Shown: piece by piece, positions 53,069-59,884 of the stretch
Position numbering within the stretch: the first letter of the stretch is position 1
How the letters are laid out: the number at the start of each line of letters is the position of its first letter
Source of the DNA: a bacterium
GTDB taxonomy: Bacteria; Zhuqueibacterota; Zhuqueibacteria; Residuimicrobiales; Krinioviventaceae
Length of the DNA stretch: 64,000 nucleotides
Direction of reading: 5' to 3'
Assembly (NCBI GenBank): GCA_963693055.1
Contig: OY843751.1
Location: 224,001-288,000 of the forward strand
Made by a program: the position numbers and the translations under genes
The notes under the pieces: generated by a model
Databases searched by the model: none
What the model was told of the DNA's origin: nothing
What the model saw: only the letters and a program-made list of their open reading frames with translations

Positions 53069-53539
53069 ATGATATATTTGTTTGATACTGTTGTATTTAG
53101 AATGTTTGGAAATTATTTTCCAGATAGATTTCCCTCATTTTGGGATAATTTGGAAAAATCAGTTAATAATATGGAAATTATTTCTGTAAAGGAAGTAATG
53201 AATGAAATTGATATTCAAGCAACGAAGCAATTTGTAAAGAGATGGGTTAGTGAACATAAAAAAATATTTTTTTCACCCACCAATGAGGAAATAAGTTTTA
53301 TAAGGGAACTTTTTAATATTAGTCATTTTCGGCAAATAGTTGGTATAAAACAACGATTGCAAGGTTTCCCTGTAGCTGATCCATATTTGATAGCAAGCGC
53401 AAAAATTAAAGGTGGGTGTATTGTTACTGAAGAAAAAGAAAAAAAGAATGCCGCTAAAATACCAAATCTTTGTAAACATTATTCAGTTGATTGTATAGAT
53501 TTGGAAGAATTTATGAAAAGAAATAACTGGAAATTCTAG
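53069..53539 (+). CDS. DUF4411 family PIN-domain protein
   Basis: YLFDT, F.SFW..L, EV..EI, ADPYLIA.A, IVTEE, KIP..C. Confidence 0.85.
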   Translation: MIYLFDTVVFRMFGNYFPDRFPSFWDNLEKSVNNMEIISVKEVMNEIDIQATKQFVKRWVSEHKKIFFSPTNEEISFIRELFNISHFRQIVGIKQRLQGFPVADPYLIASAKIKGGCIVTEEKEKKNAAKIPNLCKHYSVDCIDLEEFMKRNNWKF

Positions 53540-53614
53540 ATATTACGTCTTTAATTAAATTAGTTTTTTAAAATATTTACTTGAATTTTATGTACGGAAG
53601 AACTTGACAATAAT

Positions 53615-54424
53615 ATGATATGTCAAACTGAATCTCATAAAAGGATAAAAAAAGAACAACAAGAAATATGGGATTTTGCCATATTAATATGTCAATCAGT
53701 TCCAACATTAAAAAAAACTATAAAAGGTTTTGAAGAATCTATACCAAATTATAGTATTCCTAAACCTGATTATTTTATTGAATCAATAGATAAAGATAGA
53801 CTGAAAAGTATTTCTAATAATTACAAGAGCAATCTAGGGAAATATATTATTCTTAGTTTGTTTAGTTTTTTTGAATCATATTTTAAATCCGTAATGATTG
53901 AATTGATTGACTTTCATGGTGGGAAAGATAAGCTAATTGAAAATTTAAAAAAGAAAAATAGTAATTATCTTAATCAAGATGAGTGCAAAATTAAATTTAA
54001 AAGGAAATTACAAGAACCTATTAAAGATCAAAAATTTGAAAAATACAAAAAATATTCAAATTTGTTAATCAAAGAACCATATTTCCGCTTTCCAAGTGAA
54101 CTCTTTGCATTTTATGGATTGCAACGATTTATAGATGATATAATGAGTGATAACTATAGAAGTCAAATGATTCCACATATATTACAAAATGTTTTTTTAA
54201 TGAATTTGAGTCCCCGAATAAATGATTTTAAGGAAATTGAATCTATGGATTTAGCACAAACCTTCGATAGTGTTAGAAAAATACGAAATAAAATTGCACA
54301 TGGTGACAAAATTAATATTTCAATTAAAAAAGTATCAGCTTATTCAGATTTTTTACGAGAGTTTGCAATTCGAATAGATAACCATTTATTAGAGCATTTT
54401 TTTATTATAGAAAAATATATGTAG
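53615..54424 (+). CDS. HEPN-domain protein (putative RNase)
   Basis: SLFSFFESY helix and C-terminal R-x4-H motif RNKIAHG; AT-rich. Confidence 0.75.
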   Translation: MICQTESHKRIKKEQQEIWDFAILICQSVPTLKKTIKGFEESIPNYSIPKPDYFIESIDKDRLKSISNNYKSNLGKYIILSLFSFFESYFKSVMIELIDFHGGKDKLIENLKKKNSNYLNQDECKIKFKRKLQEPIKDQKFEKYKKYSNLLIKEPYFRFPSELFAFYGLQRFIDDIMSDNYRSQMIPHILQNVFLMNLSPRINDFKEIESMDLAQTFDSVRKIRNKIAHGDKINISIKKVSAYSDFLREFAIRIDNHLLEHFFIIEKYM

Positions 54425-54528
54425 TCCATTTGGTCTAACGGTTAAGACGCCCGTTACCCTAAAAATATTAATAATTGTATTTTTGGGAAAACGGGAGATG
54501 GGGTTCGAATCCTCAATGGACTACATAT
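54417..54528 (+). ncRNA. tRNA-like structured element lacking an anticodon loop and CCA
   Basis: 14-bp closing stem ATATGTAGTCCATT/AATGGACTACATAT; D-arm GTCT-AACGGTTA-AGAC; stem CCCGT/ACGGG enclosing a 36-nt hairpin; T-arm GGGG-TTCGAAT-CCTC. Confidence 0.75.
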
Positions 54529-54559
54529 CGTTATAAATTTTTAATTTGGGCAATAGTTC

Positions 54560-55592
54560 GTAGGATACAGCTTGCCGCATCAAAAATAATTAAAAGATGC
54601 GCCGAGGCGCATCCTACTAACTGCTATCTGGAGCCACAAAATTAACCACAGATAAATCCAACAGTGGGCGAATACGCACTGATGAACACAAAGCCCACAC
54701 TCCCAGATCGTGACGGTGAAAGTGTCGGTCCCTGAGTGTTCGCCGAAGGCGAACGTATCGAAGGGCCGACTGAGAGAGATATGTACAAAAAGTACAACAA
54801 AAATCTTTTCGCTTCTGGTTCCAGTGGCTCTGCCCTGGAACCCAAAATTAACCAGACATGCGCAGATAAACGCAGATAAAAAACAAAAGATCGTGACGGA
54901 GATAAGCGAAGCGGTCTCCGTAACGGGAGGAATGAATTGTCCTGTCAGGGACAAGATATTTTTAGCACAAACAAAAAAACAGATTACCATCCCGTAGGGA
55001 TGGGATAGAATAATAGAACTATGATATCGCATCCCTACGGGATGCAGATTGTTGTTTGGGTGTTAACTACAAATATTTCATCCCTAGCGGGATGAATTCT
55101 CGTTATTTTAAACATTCCTGGATTATAATCTTACTTCGTGCCCTTCTTTTCTTCGTGGTTCATTTTTTTAATCTTGTCAGCGACTTATCCCTATAATACC
55201 AAAGCAAAGCTTTTTACCAAATTCCCCACCCAAATGAAATTTGGGCGGGAGTGGATTCATGATCTTATAATCATATCTGCAAAATAGATATCTGCGTTCA
55301 TTTGTGGTTAATTTATCGCTCGACCCTTCGATACGTTCGCCTTCGGCGAACACTCAGGGACCGACTTTTTCTCCGTCACGGTCAGGGGGTATGGATTTGA
55401 TCTGCGTTAATCTGCGCTTATCTGTGGTTCATTATACCTTTGTGAGCTTTGTGGCTTTGTGGTAAATCTTTCATACTACCTTGCTTTCAACGTGACGGAG
55501 ACCGCTTCGCTTAATTCCGTCACGATCAGGTGCTATGGATTTAATCTGCATTCATCTGTGCGTGTTCGCCCACTGGTGAATGTATCTGTGGT
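54560..55592. repeat. Composite REP/REPIN-like repeat cluster 2 (direct copy of cluster 1 modules plus an inverted half)
   Basis: Same GTAG REP pair at 54560-54616; GTTCCAG hairpin 54813; GTGACGGAG hairpins 54889 and 55491 (inverted); perfect 42-bp inverted repeat 54724-54765/55324-55365; CATCCC..GGGATG palindromes 54988, 55030, 55079. Confidence 0.8.
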
Positions 55593-55683
55593 AAATAATT
55601 CTAACCAACATTTTCTGCTTGCATCTCAACCGTGAAATCAGGTTATTATAACCAGAAATTTATCCAACCCAACGGGAGCAAGC

Positions 55684-57384
55684 ATGTTTAAGCAAAAAGA
55701 GATTTTCTTCATCCTGATCACAGTATTGATTTACGGCATCGCCCACAGCCAGACCAGCACCATCTATCATCTGGACCGGACCATCGGATTTGAATCCGAG
55801 TTTCCGCAATCCGAATGGGACGTTAAACGCCAATCCGGCAGGATCATTGGCGCTGAACCGGCCCTGTTTCTGGATGATACCTTTATCATGGGCAGCCGAA
55901 ATGTGAAACGCACATTGCATGCAGTGAACAAATACTCTGAACCGATGATTTTACCCGTTTCCGAAAAGCTGATGAAATCCCCTACAATCTTTTCCATTGT
56001 TCCCGATGCGGATGACAAGGGCTATATTGCCTATTGTGGGGGCGCATTTGAAAAGAAAACCTTGTACTCGGTTTTTCATACCACAGACGGCAAGTCATTT
56101 ACGCCCATCATAACCGACCAGCTCCCGTCCGAAGAGATTTGGGATGGACTCGATAAAGGGGACATTCCTGAGCATAATAATATTTTAAATTTAAACAAAT
56201 TCAACGGCGAGGCATTTACTTCGTATTACTCGGCGTTTTTCAAAGTACAGGAAGAAACCAGGTATCCCTATCGGGCCATCATCATTCGTTCCAAACCGCG
56301 TCCCCGGCAGGTTATGATCATCCAGTCCCAAGATGGATTAAACTGGCAGGCCATGCCCAACCAGACACAGCGGGATATACTGGGTGAAGCCAATCAACCC
56401 GCGTACGATCCCTTTCACGACCGCTATCTCTGCTACCTGCGCCTGTGGGATCCGCCCTCCAAGATCGTTTCGAGTTGGCGAAAGGTGCTGTTTAGTGAAG
56501 CTTCCTTTGGTCCGGACGGAGCGACATGGTCTGATGATGAGCTGGTACTGGAAGCTGGCCCCCAGGACGGTCCGTCAACGGACATTTATTTCATGCAGGT
56601 GACCGGTTACGCGGGCGGATATATTGGGATCCCGGTCATGTATCATCGTCCTTCTTCACTGGACCCTGAAATGGCGGGAAAGTTTCATTGCGAACTCGCT
56701 TTTAGCCATGACGGCCGCAATTGGGACCGGGTTTGTCAGGGTGAACCGTTCCTGTCAACCGGCCCCAAAAACAGTTGGGATGCGGGACTGGTCTGGATGA
56801 ATTGTCCGCCAATCGTCAAAAACGACAGTCTCTATTTTTACTACACCGGTAGAAAATACGATCATGATGAGATCAAACCGCGGGACCACAAAGTACAAGC
56901 CGGGTTGGCAACCCTTCGAGCGGACGGATTTGTCTCTATGGACGCGGGAGAGGAAACCGGAACCCTGCTGACGACCCTGTTCTGGCCGGAGGGTAAACAT
57001 TTGTATATTAACGCGGATGCCAGCGGAGGAGAAATCCGCGTAGAGGTATTGCAGGACTATCATTATGTGGAATTGAAAAAAGTGGAAAAGTATTCTGAGG
57101 ATATTCAAGGACTGTTTCGTGCGGAGAATTGTATTCCTTTTACCAGTAATGCTATTAATCACAAGGTAGCCTGGAAACATGATGAGAATTTTGTGGAAAA
57201 TTTCCCTCAAAACTGGTTGGATTTGGAGGATTCTGATAAATACAGTAAAAAGAAAAAGCCCTTTGAAAAAAGGGCCATTGCATTAAAGTTTTATCTGAAA
57301 AATGCAAAACTGTACAGTTTCTGGTTTGCTGATGATGATACCGAACCGCTGGAAAACGGACGGTTGGTACCGGTATCGAAATGA
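55684..57384 (+). CDS. Putative secreted beta-propeller glycoside hydrolase (GH32/43/130-like fold)
   Basis: Signal peptide; LFLDD, SQDGLNW, SHDGRNW, WDAG, LRADGFVS, LYSFWF. Confidence 0.7.
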   Translation: MFKQKEIFFILITVLIYGIAHSQTSTIYHLDRTIGFESEFPQSEWDVKRQSGRIIGAEPALFLDDTFIMGSRNVKRTLHAVNKYSEPMILPVSEKLMKSPTIFSIVPDADDKGYIAYCGGAFEKKTLYSVFHTTDGKSFTPIITDQLPSEEIWDGLDKGDIPEHNNILNLNKFNGEAFTSYYSAFFKVQEETRYPYRAIIIRSKPRPRQVMIIQSQDGLNWQAMPNQTQRDILGEANQPAYDPFHDRYLCYLRLWDPPSKIVSSWRKVLFSEASFGPDGATWSDDELVLEAGPQDGPSTDIYFMQVTGYAGGYIGIPVMYHRPSSLDPEMAGKFHCELAFSHDGRNWDRVCQGEPFLSTGPKNSWDAGLVWMNCPPIVKNDSLYFYYTGRKYDHDEIKPRDHKVQAGLATLRADGFVSMDAGEETGTLLTTLFWPEGKHLYINADASGGEIRVEVLQDYHYVELKKVEKYSEDIQGLFRAENCIPFTSNAINHKVAWKHDENFVENFPQNWLDLEDSDKYSKKKKPFEKRAIALKFYLKNAKLYSFWFADDDTEPLENGRLVPVSK

Positions 57385-57445
57385 GAGTAGCTTTTAATCC
57401 AAGTATATTAAACATAATATTTTACTTTATTTTACGCATTTTTTC

Positions 57446-57474
57446 TTGATTTCTGATCTCTGAGCAGTTATATT
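57446..57474 (+). promoter_or_regulatory. Putative sigma70 promoter
   Basis: TTGATT-17 nt-TATATT upstream of the symporter gene. Confidence 0.4.
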
Positions 57475-57563
57475 CAAGAGTTCGGAAAAAGAAAAATATT
57501 TGCCCATCAATATCCGGCAATATCAAGGATTGTAACCTCTTCATTATTCTACAGGAGTCACTC

Positions 57564-59045
57564 ATGCCTCAATTTGGTTTTGTAGACATTGCTGTACTTG
57601 TCGTTTATTTTCTTGGCACAATAGGATTGGGATTCTATTTTCACAAACGAAGCACCTCCACCGAGGGTTTTACCGCGGGTGACCGTTCATTACCCGGTAT
57701 TCTTTGTGGATTGTCCATGTTTGCCACATACTTGAGCAGTCTCAGTTTTATTGGTATTCCTGCCATGTCCTTTTCAGACAAGAATTGGGGTTTTTTCACA
57801 TTCAGCCTGTCACTACCCATCACTACTATTATAGCAATTAAATATTTTATGCCCTATTACCGTGCCAGTCAATCCATTTCTGCTTATGCAAATCTTGAAG
57901 ACCGGTTTGGTACCTGGGCGCGTGTGTATGCAAGCGTTTGTTATCTGCTGACCCAGATTGCGCGTATGGGTGCGGTTATGTACTTGACCGCGTTACCGTT
58001 ATCTCTGCTGTTGGGATGGAACATTGAACTTATTATTATTGTAGTGGGTATTTCTGTTACATTGTACACCTTTGTGGGTGGTATTGTTGCAGTGATTTGG
58101 ACCGATGCAATTCAAAGTGTGGTACTCATAGGTGGTGCTTTGATTTGTACCGTTGCCATGTTGTTTGGCCTGCCTGATGGCCCAGGACAAGTGTTCAGTT
58201 ATGGAATGGCCCATGGTAAATTTAGTCTGGGTGATTTTGGGCCCTCGTTAACCAGCGAAACATTCTGGATTGTTCTGTTTTTTGGTATTGTAATGAATTT
58301 GCAGAATTTTGGGATTGATCAGAATTTTATTCAGCGTTACAAATCCGCAAAATCTGATAAAGAAGCCTTCAAGAGTTTGATTGTTGGTGGATTGCTGTAC
58401 ATTCCGGTTTCAGCCCTGTTCTTTTTCATTGGTACTACCTTGTATGTATATTACCAGACCGGCGGCGGATCACTTCCCCCAGAATACGCAGCCAAACCCG
58501 ACTATGTATTTCCGTTTTACATTATTCAAAATCTTCCGGTAGGATTAAAAGGGCTCTTGATTGCTGCAATTTTTGCCGCTGCCATGAGTACTGTTTCTAC
58601 CAGTTTAAACTCTTCTGCTACTTTGCTGATGAACGATTATTATAAACGTTTTTTTAATAAAGATGCATCTGAAAAACAATTGATGAAAGCATTATACACC
58701 GCAACCATAGTCTGGGGTATATTGGGTACAATTATTGGATTATTAATGATTGCAGCCAGCAATGCGTTTCAGGTATGGCAGGTGCTGGCGGGTATTTTAA
58801 GCGGTGGTATGCTGGGTATTCTGTTGTTGGGTATGATCTCTAAAAAAGCTTCCAACTCTGCAGCAATTCCGGGAGCGATTTTAGGCGTACTGATTATTTT
58901 ATGGATGACCATTTCCAACCAATCACCCGGTTTCTTTGGGGCAATGACCAGTCCTTTCCACAATTACCTGATCCCCATATTCGGTACATTGACCATTTTG
59001 GTTGTGGGATTACTGATCAGCAATTTAAAGAAAAAAGTTAGTTAA
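57564..59045 (+). CDS. Sodium:solute symporter (SSS family)
   Basis: S.FAT.LS, LE.RFG, GGI.AVIWTDAIQ, DQ..IQRY, AAIFAAAMSTVS..LNS; AGGAG RBS. Confidence 0.92.
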   Translation: MPQFGFVDIAVLVVYFLGTIGLGFYFHKRSTSTEGFTAGDRSLPGILCGLSMFATYLSSLSFIGIPAMSFSDKNWGFFTFSLSLPITTIIAIKYFMPYYRASQSISAYANLEDRFGTWARVYASVCYLLTQIARMGAVMYLTALPLSLLLGWNIELIIIVVGISVTLYTFVGGIVAVIWTDAIQSVVLIGGALICTVAMLFGLPDGPGQVFSYGMAHGKFSLGDFGPSLTSETFWIVLFFGIVMNLQNFGIDQNFIQRYKSAKSDKEAFKSLIVGGLLYIPVSALFFFIGTTLYVYYQTGGGSLPPEYAAKPDYVFPFYIIQNLPVGLKGLLIAAIFAAAMSTVSTSLNSSATLLMNDYYKRFFNKDASEKQLMKALYTATIVWGILGTIIGLLMIAASNAFQVWQVLAGILSGGMLGILLLGMISKKASNSAAIPGAILGVLIILWMTISNQSPGFFGAMTSPFHNYLIPIFGTLTILVVGLLISNLKKKVS

Positions 59046-59083
59046 GATTTGTGATAGAAAATTATTTTATTGGGATTGAATTC

Positions 59084-59123
59084 AACGCTCCCACTCGTTT
59101 CATTCGGGTGGGAGTGTTTTTTA
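59084..59123. terminator. Terminator between convergent genes
   Basis: AACGCTCCCACTCG / CGGGTGGGAGTGTT stem followed by a T-run. Confidence 0.75.
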
Positions 59124-59129
59124 TTTCAA

Positions 59130-59597
59130 TTATTCTTTATCTGCCCAGTTGCGTAGTTCGCGTTTGATCTTTTCCTCAACTTTTTTACCAATCTCTTCCC
59201 ATTCGGATTTTTCTTCATCATTTTCGTCTACCCATTTTTTGATGCCGGAACGGACTTTTTCTTCCACTTTGACGCTAATTTCTTCCCATTCTTTTACCTT
59301 GTTGCTTTTGGGCTTCTTTTTACAGCACATTTTCCCTTGTCCGCCTAGGGCGATCATTGCACCCAGTACAAACCCGAAATTGTACCAGTTGCCTGTATTA
59401 TTCAGTTCGTAAACGGTAACACTGTCCGTGAACAGACTGATGATAAAAGAGATAACTATGATAAATCCGTGCCACAAGCCTGCCCAAAATCCTGCAGGTT
59501 TTTCCAGATACATGGTGTTGTTTGCCGCACAACCCGACAGGAACGCAATGGCAATAAAAAGCGCGCCAATCATTATCATTTTATGTCTTGATTTCAT
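59130..59597 (-). CDS. Hypothetical membrane lipoprotein
   Basis: Lipobox LSGC; PAGFW.GLWHG, YE.NN.G.WY.FGF; AGGAG RBS before ATG 59597. Confidence 0.75.
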   Translation of the reverse strand: MKSRHKMIMIGALFIAIAFLSGCAANNTMYLEKPAGFWAGLWHGFIIVISFIISLFTDSVTVYELNNTGNWYNFGFVLGAMIALGGQGKMCCKKKPKSNKVKEWEEISVKVEEKVRSGIKKWVDENDEEKSEWEEIGKKVEEKIKRELRNWADKE

Positions 59598-59884
59598 ATA
59601 AATTCTCCTGGGTTTATCATTAAAACACAATATTGCATGTTTAATTCATCCTAATAGACGTAATGGGGCCGTTCTTGTTTCATCTGAATGCTATATGATA
59701 ATTGTTTACTTGCATATTACGGGTGGTATTGTTATTCTATCATGTTTATGAAAACATATATAAAAGCTAGATCTTGGTGTTTTTATATAAATCACAAAGG
59801 ATCTCAAATGGGGCAGTGATTTTCTTTGCTGCTTTACGATTAAACAGTTATTAAATACACGAATTTAAAAATAGGGATGGAAAA

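Noticed and set aside
54424-54522. Canonical or intron-containing tRNA gene
   Set aside because: No 7-nt anticodon loop with U33 and purine 37 in either register, no CCA, irregular T-stem/acceptor register; the insert is far too short for a group I or II intron.
54580-55032. ORFs 54580-55032(-), 54710-54997(+) and 54642-54845(-)
   Set aside because: They lie entirely within palindromic repeats; their similarity to ORFs at 49460-49979 reflects the DNA repeats.
49553-55592. Integron with attC cassettes
   Set aside because: No tyrosine integrase in the window and no RYYYAAC..GTTRRRY attC sites recognised between the island genes.
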